Positions 29,578 to 40,301 of a stretch of DNA of 64,000 nt are shown piece after piece (within the stretch, counting starts at the first letter, position 1; every line of letters starts with the position of its first letter). A program made the translations under genes and the position numbers. The notes under the pieces are model-generated. The model was not told the origin of the DNA and did no database searches. It saw nothing but the letters and a program-made list of their open reading frames with translations. Origin of the DNA: a virus (taxonomy: Duplodnaviria > Caudoviricetes); IMG/VR virus record IMGVR_UViG_2852304943_000002, positions 252-64,251 of that record. One strand, given 5' to 3'.

Positions 29578-30954
29578 ATGAATACAAACGTTGATTACAA
29601 GCATCCAGCTTACAATGAGTTTTTGCCTGAATGGGACATGGTTGGCGATTGTGTTGATGGCGAACGAGTTGTTAAAAGCAAGAAAGAGAAATACCTCCCT
29701 CATCCGGCAGATAACAAAGATGAAGATGATAAGGGTAATGAGCGTTATAAGCGCTATTTAGCTAGAGCATCCTTTCTGAATGCCACGGGTAGGACACTTA
29801 GTGGTTTACTTGGTATTGCTTTCAGTAAGCCAGTAAAGATTAGTATTAGTGGTGATGTTGAGTATTTAGAAACTGATATTGACGGTCAAGGTCAGCCACT
29901 TACTCAAATGATAAGGGATGCGTTATCGCAAAACTTACAGCGTGGTCGAGCAGGTTTATTAAGTGATTTTAGTGGTTCAGGTATTCAGTCAGAGGCTAAT
30001 AAAGGTCGCTCCTATATTCGGTTGTTTACAGCAAAAGAAATTATCAATTGGCGTGTAACGAACGGGAAAACATCCCTCGTTGTCCTCAAATATCAGGAGC
30101 CAGTAGATACAGATGATTTTGAACTGCAAATGCAGAATAACTGGATTGAATTAAGGCTTGTTAACAATGTAGCTTGCTCTCGTCGCTGGTATGAAGATGG
30201 AGATATAAAAGTTACAGAGTGGGTTGTATTAAAGGATGCACACGGCATTCCATTAAGGGAGTTGCCGTGGTCATGGATTGGTTCAATGAACAATGATCAC
30301 ACCCCTGATGCTCCTCCTCTTGCAGATATTGCGTACTTAAATATCAAACATTATCAAGTTGAGGCTGATATCGCAGAGTCTGCACATACTGTCGGTCAGC
30401 CGATGATTGCACTAACTGGCCTTACTGATGATTGGGTTGAAAGACACGTGTCTGAAGGGTTTACTGTTGGTTCACGCAAAGGGGTGTTGCTGCCACAGGG
30501 TGGTGATATGAAATTTGCGCAGCCAGAAGACAGAAACATTCAAATAAACCTAGCTGAGCGCAGAGAAAAGCAGATGGCAATGCTAGGAGCTAAGCTAGTT
30601 GAACGCGGGACATCAGCAAGAACAGCGACTCAGGCACAGGATGAGGCTCAAACAGATAATTCAGTGCTTTCGTTGTGTTCAGGAAACGTCGAAAAGGCCG
30701 TTAACCGAGCACTTAATTTCTGCATTCAGTTTGAGGGGAGTGGTGAGGCAACTATTGAGATAAACAAAGTTTACGATATTGCTCAACTGGATTCGCAAGC
30801 AATCACAGCTCTCCTTGCTTCTCTCCAATCTGGGGCTATGCGATTGATTGATTTTGTTAAGTACCTGCAAAGTATCAATATCATCCCTCAAGATGAGAAA
30901 GCTGAGGATGTTATCGAAGAGATAGAATTATCGCGAGCTAACTCAATGATGTAG
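29578..30954 (+). CDS. Portal protein (DUF4055-like)
   Basis: Position after terL; YLP.P, Y..RA.F.N.T.RT. Confidence 0.85.
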   Translation: MNTNVDYKHPAYNEFLPEWDMVGDCVDGERVVKSKKEKYLPHPADNKDEDDKGNERYKRYLARASFLNATGRTLSGLLGIAFSKPVKISISGDVEYLETDIDGQGQPLTQMIRDALSQNLQRGRAGLLSDFSGSGIQSEANKGRSYIRLFTAKEIINWRVTNGKTSLVVLKYQEPVDTDDFELQMQNNWIELRLVNNVACSRRWYEDGDIKVTEWVVLKDAHGIPLRELPWSWIGSMNNDHTPDAPPLADIAYLNIKHYQVEADIAESAHTVGQPMIALTGLTDDWVERHVSEGFTVGSRKGVLLPQGGDMKFAQPEDRNIQINLAERREKQMAMLGAKLVERGTSARTATQAQDEAQTDNSVLSLCSGNVEKAVNRALNFCIQFEGSGEATIEINKVYDIAQLDSQAITALLASLQSGAMRLIDFVKYLQSINIIPQDEKAEDVIEEIELSRANSMM

Positions 30955-30956
30955 AG

Positions 30957-32027
30957 GTGAATATGCAATCGCAGTTGATGTTAGATAATTCAATGATGAT
31001 CCAAATTCTCCTAGAACGACTCAAAGCTGGCATTGTTGATAGAGAGGAAATGCAAAGAGAGCTAAGGGCGGCTGTTGCTAAGGCGTTAGCTAATTTCTCA
31101 GGTCAGATAACATCGAGGTCAAAACTAAACGCCATAATTGCTGAGTTAAAGCGAGAGCTATCACCAGTTCTGACCAGTTACTCTGAGCATTTACTGCAAT
31201 CTGTTCTCGATATCGGTGTTGAGTCAAGCCAACTTGAAGTTGATAGCTTATCGCAGATAGTAACAAATGAAGTAAGCAAGCCTGATGCTGAGAAAGTTAA
31301 AAAAGCCATTTTAAATGTGCCGCTGATATTAACCGCTTGGGGCGGCTCTTTATTTCTCAAGAAATTTATATCATCTTGGGTGACTAGCTCTATCCAGCAA
31401 GTAGAGAATCAGACTGTTTTGGCTATGGCTGCTCAAAGTAACATTCAAGTTCTACAGTCCACTATTAATGGGGCTGCAATTGATAAAACACAGGTCTCTA
31501 CATCGACGATATCTCGAATTACTTACAACTACAGAACAATTGCAAATACGGCAATTCAGCATGCTCATACATGTGCGGCTCAGGAATTTTATAAGGAGAA
31601 TGACGATTTAATTAAAGAGGAAGAATTCAGCGCAATACTGGACAACAAAACATCATCGACGTGTAGGGCTTTATCAGGAAACCGATATCCTGTTGGGGCT
31701 GGCCCAATGCCACCATTACACCCAAACTGCCGAAGTCAGCGATTGCCAATACTTAATGATAAATTTGCTAATTTGATAATAACTAAACCAATAGGAAGAT
31801 CTGAATGGGGAGAAGAAAGCTATTATGAATGGCTATCTAGGCAACCGGCCAAAAGACAGGATTTAATATTGGGTCCGACTAGAGGGAAGTTGTTTCGTGA
31901 TGGTGGTTTATCTCCAGAGCGATTCGCACAGTTGCAGTTACATAAAAACTTTAAACCAATGACACTTAAAGATATGCAAAAGTTTGCGCCTAAAGCGTTT
32001 GAGCGAGCAGGAATTGAATTGAAATAA
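30957..32027 (+). CDS. Head morphogenesis protein (SPP1 gp7/Mu gpF-like)
   Basis: AILDNKTS..C, PPLHPNCRS. Confidence 0.85.
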   Translation: MNMQSQLMLDNSMMIQILLERLKAGIVDREEMQRELRAAVAKALANFSGQITSRSKLNAIIAELKRELSPVLTSYSEHLLQSVLDIGVESSQLEVDSLSQIVTNEVSKPDAEKVKKAILNVPLILTAWGGSLFLKKFISSWVTSSIQQVENQTVLAMAAQSNIQVLQSTINGAAIDKTQVSTSTISRITYNYRTIANTAIQHAHTCAAQEFYKENDDLIKEEEFSAILDNKTSSTCRALSGNRYPVGAGPMPPLHPNCRSQRLPILNDKFANLIITKPIGRSEWGEESYYEWLSRQPAKRQDLILGPTRGKLFRDGGLSPERFAQLQLHKNFKPMTLKDMQKFAPKAFERAGIELK

Positions 32028-32101
32028 CACAAACCCACCACTGAGTGGGTTTTTTATTATCCGCAGTTAGAGACTGCACCATCTAAACCAGAGGTTTTAC
32101 G

Positions 32102-32788
32102 ATGTTTAAATATTTATTAACGAAAGAAGAATTTGACGCATTAACTGATGAGCAAAAGGCTCTTTACAAAGAGTCTGGTGGTAATTACCAACTTCAAATC
32201 GAAGGTATGCCAGAAATTCCAGATGTGTCAGGTCTTCAAAAGAAAGTTGATGAATTACTTTCTGAGAAAAAATCAGAGCAGGAGAAACGCCGGCAAGCTG
32301 AAGAGGCTGCAAAAAAAGCAGCAGAAGATCAAGCGCGTAAAAATGGCGATATCGAATCACTAGAAAAAAGCTGGGCTGAAAAGTTAAAGACGCGTGAAAA
32401 CGAGTTATTAGCACAGCTGCAGGAGAAAGACGCGAGTCTACATACGCTATTAGTTGATAACGTTGCTCAAACTGTGGCTACAAAGCTTGCTGGTGACGCT
32501 GCTCCGTTAATCATGCCACACATTAAATCTCGATTATCAGTAGAAGACGGTAAAACGCGAGTGGTTGATGCTAACGGTCATCCTTCTGCATTTACCATTG
32601 ATGATTTAGAAAAAGAATTTCGTAGTAACCCGTTATTTGCTCCAGTAATTATTGGTAGTAAAGCCACCGGAACCGGAGGGGAAGGCGGTAAAGGGAAATC
32701 ACCAGCCGGAGGCAGTGAAAAACCCAAAAGCGCGAATCCGTTAGTGGACAGCGCACGTGAAATCATTGCTAATATCCAAGAGGATTAA
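32102..32788 (+). CDS. Capsid scaffolding protein
   Basis: Coiled coil, Gly-rich C-terminus, precedes MCP. Confidence 0.75.
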   Translation: MFKYLLTKEEFDALTDEQKALYKESGGNYQLQIEGMPEIPDVSGLQKKVDELLSEKKSEQEKRRQAEEAAKKAAEDQARKNGDIESLEKSWAEKLKTRENELLAQLQEKDASLHTLLVDNVAQTVATKLAGDAAPLIMPHIKSRLSVEDGKTRVVDANGHPSAFTIDDLEKEFRSNPLFAPVIIGSKATGTGGEGGKGKSPAGGSEKPKSANPLVDSAREIIANIQED

Positions 32789-32793
32789 TTTAT

Positions 32794-33744
32794 ATGTCTT
32801 TATATATTTTTCAAAAACAAGTGTCTCTAGCGGCAACAGAGTTGGTTGCTCAGGCTGTCCGTCAATTTAACGAAGCATCTGGTGGTGCTTTAGTTATTGG
32901 CGATGGTGATCATATCGGTGATTACATTGAGCAAACATCATGGCAGTTGCTTGGTGGTCTGGCTCAGCGACGCAATGCATATGGTTCAGGTAATCTAACG
33001 CCACAAGAATTGGGGCAAATCCTTGACCGTATGATTAAGATTGATGGTCGTATTGGCCCTGTCTCAGTTACCCCGACAATGATGAAGCGACTAGGTAAGG
33101 ACGTATCAGAAGCGGCTGCGGTAGTTGCTGCTCAATCAGCAGAAGCCATGTTACAAGATTACCTGAATACTACTGGCGCGGCATTAAAAGCAGCTATTTC
33201 TGGTAATAAAACAGCCGTTACTGTTGGAGGTGAAACACCATCATTAAGAGGTTTAAATAAAGCAACACGTCCATTCGGTGATGCATATTCGCGTATTGTT
33301 GCTTGGTTGATGGATGGTGCAACATTCAACGACTTTATGGATGAGACATTAACCAACGCAAATAACCTATTCCAAATTGGCAACGTCGCCATTAAACAAG
33401 ATAACCTTGGCCGTCGTTTTGTTATCTCTGATATTCCAGCTTTATCAGATGCAGACAAACAACATTCGCTAGGTTTAGTGACTGGTGCTGCTGCGGTTCA
33501 AACATCACCACTAATCATGAAGGCTCAGGATGTATTAGGGCAAGAAAATATTAAGGCACTAATGCAAGGTGAGTACGACTTTACTATTGGTTTGCGTGGT
33601 TACCAGTGGAGCAAAGATAGCATCAAATCCCCAACTAACGAACAGATTGCCGCGGTAGCTAACTGGAAGCAAATTGCTACGGATATTAAAGATACTGCTG
33701 GTGTTATGGTTTCATTTGGCAAAGATACTAGCGTTGGTGGGTAA
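32794..33744 (+). CDS. Major capsid protein
   Basis: 316 aa after scaffold; FN.ASGGA and KDTAGV motifs. Confidence 0.85.
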   Translation: MSLYIFQKQVSLAATELVAQAVRQFNEASGGALVIGDGDHIGDYIEQTSWQLLGGLAQRRNAYGSGNLTPQELGQILDRMIKIDGRIGPVSVTPTMMKRLGKDVSEAAAVVAAQSAEAMLQDYLNTTGAALKAAISGNKTAVTVGGETPSLRGLNKATRPFGDAYSRIVAWLMDGATFNDFMDETLTNANNLFQIGNVAIKQDNLGRRFVISDIPALSDADKQHSLGLVTGAAAVQTSPLIMKAQDVLGQENIKALMQGEYDFTIGLRGYQWSKDSIKSPTNEQIAAVANWKQIATDIKDTAGVMVSFGKDTSVGG

Positions 33745-33780
33745 CGTGAGGGGCCGCCGCCCCTTATTTATCCATGAGGA

Positions 33781-34164
33781 GTGAGCATGTCTATTGCGAT
33801 TACGGTTGAGCAAGTTAATGAGCAATTAGAGGTGATGGGGTTTGAGGCAACAAGTCTTGTCATAAACTCTGCTATATCTATAGTGGACACTATTGATACT
33901 TGCCTTGATAGCGCAGGGTATTCAGATGCGGTAATTGCTTTAATTAAACTGTATTCGGTTATCCTTATATTATCATCTGCTGATGTTCGTAAAATCGCGT
34001 CAGAGCACGCACCTTCTGGCGCTTCTGTTTCATATCAGTATTTTTCTGATGGCAGAAAAACGTTGCTAAAAATGCTGTCTTCCCTAGATACCAATGGATG
34101 TACTAATAGCCTTCCTATTGAACGCCCCGTAGGTGTCATTCAGTTTGATGTAGTTCGGGGGTGA
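33781..34164 (+). CDS. Head-tail adaptor
   Basis: Position; SEHAPSGASVSY, LDTNGCT. Confidence 0.65.
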   Translation: MSMSIAITVEQVNEQLEVMGFEATSLVINSAISIVDTIDTCLDSAGYSDAVIALIKLYSVILILSSADVRKIASEHAPSGASVSYQYFSDGRKTLLKMLSSLDTNGCTNSLPIERPVGVIQFDVVRG

Positions 34165-34165
34165 T

Positions 34166-34507
34166 ATGGGGAAAATCCTGCGACGATTTTGCAAAGGGTG
34201 GGCAACCATCTGGAAAGTTGAGGGGAAAGATAAATACGGGAAGCCTATATTTTCAGAGCCAATCCATATCCGGTGTGATTACGGAAGTAGCTTTAAAGAT
34301 GGTAGTAAAACTATTGGTACTGAAATAATTATTAAGAATGTCATTTGGACTGAGTATAGCGAAGCTTCTCAAGAAGACTATATCGCCATCGGTAAGTATG
34401 AAGACAGAGAGCCATTTTTGCATGGTGCTAGTAGGATTAAGTCTATCGATAGAGACCGTGATATTAATGGCGGTCTAGATGATTACACACTAACAACGGC
34501 GGTGTAA
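34166..34507 (+). CDS. Head closure protein
   Basis: Position; DKYGKP motif. Confidence 0.6.
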   Translation: MGKILRRFCKGWATIWKVEGKDKYGKPIFSEPIHIRCDYGSSFKDGSKTIGTEIIIKNVIWTEYSEASQEDYIAIGKYEDREPFLHGASRIKSIDRDRDINGGLDDYTLTTAV

Positions 34508-34509
34508 CT

Positions 34510-34878
34510 ATGGGGGCAAAAGTAAAAGGAATAAGTAATGCGATATCTAACTTAAACTCTCTGGTTGGAAGCATAGCATCAAAGAAGATAGCTCGAGCCA
34601 TGCATAGAGCGCTAGATATTGGTGGCAGGCAAGCTGCTGTATACACGCCAATTGACACTAAAACGCTCATTAATTCACAATTTAGAGATGTGAAAGTAAA
34701 AGGTGCTCTATTTACTGGTCTCGTTGGTTATTCTGCTTCATATGCTGTTTTTGTTCATGATCCTAATGTTAAACAAACTTTCCGCAGACCTACTGCTAAG
34801 AAAGAATTCCTCCTGAAGGGGTTTAAGGAAACGAAGCAAATGATTGATCAGGCTGTTGCTGAGGAACTTAAAATATGA
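34510..34878 (+). CDS. HK97 gp10-like neck/tail completion protein
   Basis: TPIDTKTLINS, YAVFVH. Confidence 0.7.
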   Translation: MGAKVKGISNAISNLNSLVGSIASKKIARAMHRALDIGGRQAAVYTPIDTKTLINSQFRDVKVKGALFTGLVGYSASYAVFVHDPNVKQTFRRPTAKKEFLLKGFKETKQMIDQAVAEELKI

Positions 34879-35246
34879 CGACCTTTGAGAGACTGAAAAA
34901 CTATTTTTCTGAATCAGGGTTATCTGATGGTTTCATTCAGCAGGATTATATTTGGAATGAAAAAGAAGGTAATGATTCAGATTCATATATCGTATTTCAG
35001 CAACTAAATGGAACTGGTCGTATTGATGATTTAAGTGGCGATGATTTCTTCACCGTTTCACTCATATCTGGCAAGGCGTGGATTGATTTTATTGTTCAGA
35101 GAGCTAACGAAATACTAGAGTATGTAAGGTGTCACTCTAGAAGTCATAACATTGGTTTTATTATCAATACATCTGGTTTTGTTAATCCAATTCAAACGAC
35201 AGAAGGTAGGTTTATTATCCCGCTTTCTTTCCGCTGTACATCTTAA
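34875..35246 (+). CDS. Tail terminator-like protein
   Basis: Position before the major tail gene. Confidence 0.6.
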   Translation: MTTFERLKNYFSESGLSDGFIQQDYIWNEKEGNDSDSYIVFQQLNGTGRIDDLSGDDFFTVSLISGKAWIDFIVQRANEILEYVRCHSRSHNIGFIINTSGFVNPIQTTEGRFIIPLSFRCTS

Positions 35247-35310
35247 ATTAAACACATCTCAACAGGTCGCTTATGCGGCCTTTTTTATTTGCAAATAAAG
35301 AGGTTATAAC

Positions 35311-36066
35311 ATGGCACAATGCCCTGATGATAAAGGCCTAGTGATGGGTAACGCAGGTATTCTGCGCATTGCAAAAGGCTGCCCTGACCAAGTACCAGCA
35401 CAAGATCAATTCTTGCGCTTAGGTGCGCTAACAAGCAAGTCATTCGATTTCGGTATGGAGACAGTGACATCTAATGCTGATGACACCAAAGGCTTAACTG
35501 AGTCAATTGTTACTGGTGCTGACTTCACCATTAGTTTTGATGGTGAATTAAAGAAAGCTGGTGTAACCGGTTCTACTTCCGCGTTTGATATTGCCAAAGA
35601 AATCCTTGATGAAATCAAAGCAAGTCGCCAACCGTCATATTGGGTTCAACTTGATATGAAAGGCGATGGCTCTGATGTTGTTCAGGGTTATATGGCTTTC
35701 ACATCTTGGTCAATGGAGTTTCCAACAAAAGAAATTTCTACCTATTCAGGTGAGCTAAAAGTTGCTGATGCAGAAACGGTTGAGTGGCTACAAGAAGAAA
35801 TCGTTGTTCAAAGTATTGCCGTCGAGCCAGCCACTCTGTCTGTAAAAGTGGGTGAAACTAAGACATTTACCGTCAAATTTACCCCAACCGATGCGACGAA
35901 CAAAAACTACACCGCTGTGAGCGATAAGCCGAACTTTGCAACAGTTACTCAGCTTGTGAATGTAGTCACCGTGCGTGGTGTTGCTGAAGGTACTGCAAAT
36001 ATCACTGTCACATCTGAAGATGGTAGTAAAACAGCAAAATGCGTGGTCACTGTTACCGCTGCTTAA
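35311..36066 (+). CDS. Major tail tube protein with C-terminal Ig-like (Big_2) domain
   Basis: C-terminal PATLSVKVGET...GVAEGTANITVTSEDGSKTA. Confidence 0.85.
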   Translation: MAQCPDDKGLVMGNAGILRIAKGCPDQVPAQDQFLRLGALTSKSFDFGMETVTSNADDTKGLTESIVTGADFTISFDGELKKAGVTGSTSAFDIAKEILDEIKASRQPSYWVQLDMKGDGSDVVQGYMAFTSWSMEFPTKEISTYSGELKVADAETVEWLQEEIVVQSIAVEPATLSVKVGETKTFTVKFTPTDATNKNYTAVSDKPNFATVTQLVNVVTVRGVAEGTANITVTSEDGSKTAKCVVTVTAA

Positions 36067-36115
36067 TATTACAAAGGGTGCTTTCGAGTGCCCTTGATAA
36101 TATTCAGGAGGGATT

Positions 36116-36808
36116 ATGACACCTATTTTAGAAATCGGGGAGATGGTTATCTCTACTGATAAAAAGGATTACTTATTTAGACCATCGTTCATCAATATGA
36201 CAAGAATCGGTGAGCCTAAACAGATTGTGAAAGCCTACGGTCAATTAAATGGCGCTGAGGTGCAAGAGTTAATTGCACGCGCCGTAATGAGCTACAGGGT
36301 TATTCCTGAGTGGTTAATAAAAGCCATTAGCAAGCCAACATATGGGCGTAATATCCTACAAACTGCAATGATGGTTATGCAGGCGTGCTGTGATGATGAT
36401 TGTTCAGAAATTATTGGTGAATGGAGATCGGGTAAGCGAGGTATTGTCTATAAAAACGGCAAGATGCCAATCGCTGACATTATCGTCATTGCTCGAGAAT
36501 TATTCACTCACGGAATTATCGGTAAAGCGAAGATCCGCAAACTTCAACGCAATGAGGGCAAAAACGAATTCTCAGATGAGTTTATGGCAATTGACTACAT
36601 TAGCTCAGCTCGTGCTCACTTTGGTATGAATCGAGAGGAAGCCGAACAGTTAACCATGACTGAATTTCAGATGATGCTCAAAGCTAAATACCCTGATGAG
36701 AAAGGCTTCACTAAAGAAGAATATGACAACATCATGAAGCAAGATGATAGGCGTAATAATGAGTTAATCAGTGGTAAGCGCAGATTGGTGAGCAGAAAGA
36801 GAAAGTAG
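36116..36808 (+). CDS. Probable tail assembly chaperone
   Basis: Follows the tail tube gene; AEQLTMTEF motif. Confidence 0.6.
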   Translation: MTPILEIGEMVISTDKKDYLFRPSFINMTRIGEPKQIVKAYGQLNGAEVQELIARAVMSYRVIPEWLIKAISKPTYGRNILQTAMMVMQACCDDDCSEIIGEWRSGKRGIVYKNGKMPIADIIVIARELFTHGIIGKAKIRKLQRNEGKNEFSDEFMAIDYISSARAHFGMNREEAEQLTMTEFQMMLKAKYPDEKGFTKEEYDNIMKQDDRRNNELISGKRRLVSRKRK

Positions 36809-36850
36809 CCAATTATCAGACTTGAGATATTTTATAGTAAAGGTAGGAAT

Positions 36851-37222
36851 ATGAACAAAATCCTAAGGCAGTATCGACATATGAAGGTGCCTTTATTTGA
36901 ATCTGGATATATTATCTATTGTGGCTCTTGGGATGATTGGCGCGCTCTACATGAAAAACTAGGCATTGATGGTGGGGATAGTTTTGTTAACGGTGCAAGT
37001 CATACAGTTACTAACACTCAGTGTGTACTCCATATTATTGGTGTGTTTAACGGTAAATTATCTACTCTAGCTCACGAATGCGCACATATAGCGTTCGACA
37101 TTTGTTACCGCGTCGGTGTGAGCGTTGAAACAGGGGCCGCGAATGAAACATTTTGTCATCTTATTAGTAGGATGGTGGATTTCTGTGTTAAACCCAAAAA
37201 AGCCGACGTAGGCCGGCTTTAA
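36851..37222 (+). CDS. Small HExxH putative metallopeptidase
   Basis: LAHECAH plus NETFC. Confidence 0.6.
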   Translation: MNKILRQYRHMKVPLFESGYIIYCGSWDDWRALHEKLGIDGGDSFVNGASHTVTNTQCVLHIIGVFNGKLSTLAHECAHIAFDICYRVGVSVETGAANETFCHLISRMVDFCVKPKKADVGRL

Positions 37223-37235
37223 TTATTACAACAGG

Positions 37236-37418
37236 TTAAGGACGCTTACTGTTTGGTGTTCTTTTTTCAAGAACCCATGTGTTGCCAGATTGCGTTGTTG
37301 GTGGTAGCTTTTCGTTGTCTCTCACTGTGGCATAATTGTTTTTTAAACCGCCACGAGGTCCAACTTCTCGATAGATACCGCCATCTTTACCTGTGTTTTC
37401 ACCGGGTTTTTTACCCAT
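37236..37418 (-). CDS. YjzC-like small protein
   Basis: KPGE...GIYREVGPRGG...LPPT...W. Confidence 0.75.
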   Translation of the reverse strand: MGKKPGENTGKDGGIYREVGPRGGLKNNYATVRDNEKLPPTTQSGNTWVLEKRTPNSKRP

Positions 37419-37623
37419 AATAAAAACTCCTTGTAATGCTCGTTATTGAGCAGAACAAATATTAGACGTGAATTTAATTAAGTCAAATATCCGTACAAAG
37501 GAAATGGGGCTGCTACTAACCTGATGACGTTTGGTCCTTTGTTCGTTTTCTGAAAGCGGTAATCCCAACCTTGTCCGAAGATAGCCGAACGGTGGATTTG
37601 AGTCGTTTTGTGGGTGATGTATA

Positions 37624-37639
37624 CTGGTTATATAAACAG
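37624..37639. promoter_or_regulatory. LexA (SOS) box
   Basis: CTGGTTATATAAACAG fits CTG-N10-CAG with an AT-rich core. Confidence 0.7.
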
Positions 37640-37872
37640 TTTTTAATGTATAACATTTAAAAAATTGGCGTTAGGTACTGGTATACTTTGGATTACGTTG
37701 CTATAACAAATTAAATAATAAGGTAAAAAATAAACCGTAGGATTTAAAGAGCATAATTATATTTTTATAATTGATAAATTTATATAAATAAAGATAATGA
37801 ATATAACAACAATATGATTGTGTGCTTTTTATACTCCTGTGATATATTTAATGACCAAATGGGAGGATAACT

Positions 37873-38064
37873 ATGATGGCTAAAAACTTAAAACATAAAA
37901 AACACCAATGTGAGACATCAGACAATGGTGAGTATCAGGTGTTTATGGAGCAGGTGGAGGCCCAGATAGAAAGCGCTCAATTATCCATAGCTGAGAAAAA
38001 AGCTGAATTCAAAAGGATTAAAGAGAATGGCGCTAGACTCACAAAACACCGTTTCACTATATGA
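37873..38064 (+). CDS. Small coiled-coil hypothetical protein
   Basis: GGGAGG RBS; overlaps the next gene. Confidence 0.55.
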   Translation: MMAKNLKHKKHQCETSDNGEYQVFMEQVEAQIESAQLSIAEKKAEFKRIKENGARLTKHRFTI

Positions 38065-38917
38065 TTTTATATATCTAGATAAACCAAGAATTCTTACTCT
38101 TCTCGCCCAGCTTTCTAGTAATGGGGTACAGCAATCCCTAAAATTAATTAATGGCGAAAAAACCTCAATTTCTGTTGAGAAAAAAATGGGAGCAAAAGCT
38201 GGAATTCTGGGGTCAGGAGTTTCTGGGGACGGAGGTAAAAAGACACAAGATGATTCCACAGAGTCAATTGAATCTATTCATGATGTGTCTTGGTCATCAC
38301 CTATACAACTGTTAGATTTGCTAAGTGAGTTGGGAGTAATACACAATGGAACTGAAGGATCTAGCCTTGGGTCTATCGTAATTGCTAAAGGTGGTGTGAG
38401 AATATTTGACGTTATGAGCTTAAAAAAAGCACTTCCAGTTATTGGTGCAATGTTTAACGCCGGTCTTGATCAGCCATCCCTTCCTCCAAAAGCAAAGCAA
38501 AAAAAATCAAAAAATATTGAAGATATTGTGATTGAAGGTGGTTTAACTATTGGCATGGTTGGCAGCATGCTTGATTTTGTTAACGATTCATTACAGATGG
38601 ATTTATTTGAAGAAAACGGCAATGCTACATGGATGACTCTATCCATAGATGGTCTAACAATAAATTCTGCTGATTTAGCTCTGAAATATGGCTCACGAAT
38701 ACCAGGGGAATGGATTGTAATCGGAATAATAGACTCATTACCAGATCATTACTCAGAGCAGTACATTGAGATACCAGATGACAATAACCCCATGAAGAGT
38801 GGATTATCTGGAATGCTAGATGCAATTAGAGATAACATGGGAAGGAAAAGTACCAGTTACAGTCTTACCCCGTTAATGGTATTCAGAAAAGCAATTACCT
38901 CAGAAATAGAAAGCTGA
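38027..38917 (+). CDS. Hypothetical moron protein (296 aa)
   Basis: Long ORF with own terminator at 38936-38960. Confidence 0.75.
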   Translation: MALDSQNTVSLYDFIYLDKPRILTLLAQLSSNGVQQSLKLINGEKTSISVEKKMGAKAGILGSGVSGDGGKKTQDDSTESIESIHDVSWSSPIQLLDLLSELGVIHNGTEGSSLGSIVIAKGGVRIFDVMSLKKALPVIGAMFNAGLDQPSLPPKAKQKKSKNIEDIVIEGGLTIGMVGSMLDFVNDSLQMDLFEENGNATWMTLSIDGLTINSADLALKYGSRIPGEWIVIGIIDSLPDHYSEQYIEIPDDNNPMKSGLSGMLDAIRDNMGRKSTSYSLTPLMVFRKAITSEIES

Positions 38918-39180
38918 ATTAGTTATTATTGCCACTAACCCGCTTCGGTGGGTTTTTTATTGCCTGAATATCTCAAATTATTGATATTGTTTGATTGTTC
39001 TAAATTGAAATGACCGAACTACAAAATAATTGTAGGTAACTACAATTATTTTGTAGTTCAAATATTGAGCGACTCCTAAAGAGTTTTACAAAAAAGTTGT
39101 AAAACTTATCTTGTGTAATTTATTGATATAGTTTGATTATAGCGAATCGCGAGAATTGATAGCCCATCCTTGGGGTGTAG

Positions 39181-39954
39181 TTATTTTTTTTCGGTAAGAG
39201 CATTTAGTAAATTTTCAATTCTCTGTAGCTTGGATTCCATAGTGTTTAGTTTTTCTTGTAAATTGTTATCATTACCTATTTTCGTACCAGTTGGGCTAAA
39301 TTTGTTATTCGCCTTGACCCTATCAGATGTTAAGGGTAGTTGAGCCTGTAGCGCAACCCCGATTACTTGGCGTATATCTCCAATAACGCATGATGGATAG
39401 TCATCATTTAATGAGTAAAGATACCAGTCGCCTTGGTCAAATATTAATTGTTTAAAGCTACAAAACCCATCAATGTAATGAAGCACATAATCCATATGGT
39501 TAGGCTCTAAAGACGGATCTATGATAACAATAGTACCTGATGGAAAGCTGACTCCATAAGAAGAGGTCATTGAATCACCTATGACTTCATAAGCAAATGC
39601 TTTATCACTAGCTTCAGGGATTGAAGGGACAAACCTTGAAAAACTAGCAGGATTATTCAAGTCGAAAACTGAGTCAGAATAAGAGAGGACTGGAATAAGA
39701 GGTAGAGTTATAGTTTTAACAACCTTACTTAAATCTGGGGCTTCTCCAGTTCCTTCTGCTAGCCATTCTGATGTTGTACCAAGTGCAGCAGCCAAATTAG
39801 TTAAAACATTTTTTCTTGGTTTGGAGTTTCCAGCCTCATAAGCTGCAATCTGTCTGCGCACTACACCAACTTTCTCCGCTAATTCACCTTGTGTTAATTC
39901 AGCAGCTTGTCTGGCGGCGCTAATTCTATTTTTAAAACCATCATCTATTTTCAT
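39181..39954 (-). CDS. Second HTH plus S24-peptidase repressor with coiled-coil tail
   Basis: LTQGELAEKVGV..YEAG HTH, GDSM, FKQL. Confidence 0.85.
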   Translation of the reverse strand: MKIDDGFKNRISAARQAAELTQGELAEKVGVVRRQIAAYEAGNSKPRKNVLTNLAAALGTTSEWLAEGTGEAPDLSKVVKTITLPLIPVLSYSDSVFDLNNPASFSRFVPSIPEASDKAFAYEVIGDSMTSSYGVSFPSGTIVIIDPSLEPNHMDYVLHYIDGFCSFKQLIFDQGDWYLYSLNDDYPSCVIGDIRQVIGVALQAQLPLTSDRVKANNKFSPTGTKIGNDNNLQEKLNTMESKLQRIENLLNALTEKK

Positions 39955-40056
39955 ATGTGAACTCTTTAAAATTCATATTGACACAATGTGAGTCATGATA
40001 TATAACTAATAATACATCATGAAGATGTGATATTGAAATACTTCATAGGAGATAAA

Positions 40057-40227
40057 ATGGAAAAGAAAAACAGAATTATGCCGTACCCATTTCGAATGAA
40101 GCCAGATATGAGGCAATGGATTGATAATGTTGCGGAGAATAGACGGCGCTCTACTCAAGTTCAGCTTGAATATATTTTAGAGGTATTTAGAGAGAAAGTG
40201 GAAAATGGTGAACTTGAGATGCCGTAA
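40057..40227 (+). CDS. Arc-like ribbon-helix-helix repressor
   Basis: PYPFRM...A..NRRS...L..IL. Confidence 0.75.
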   Translation: MEKKNRIMPYPFRMKPDMRQWIDNVAENRRRSTQVQLEYILEVFREKVENGELEMP

Positions 40228-40301
40228 AAAAGAAGAAACCCCAATTGTTCGAGCAATTGAGGTTTCATTATCAAATAAACTCTTGGGCGAGAATAAGTGA
40301 C

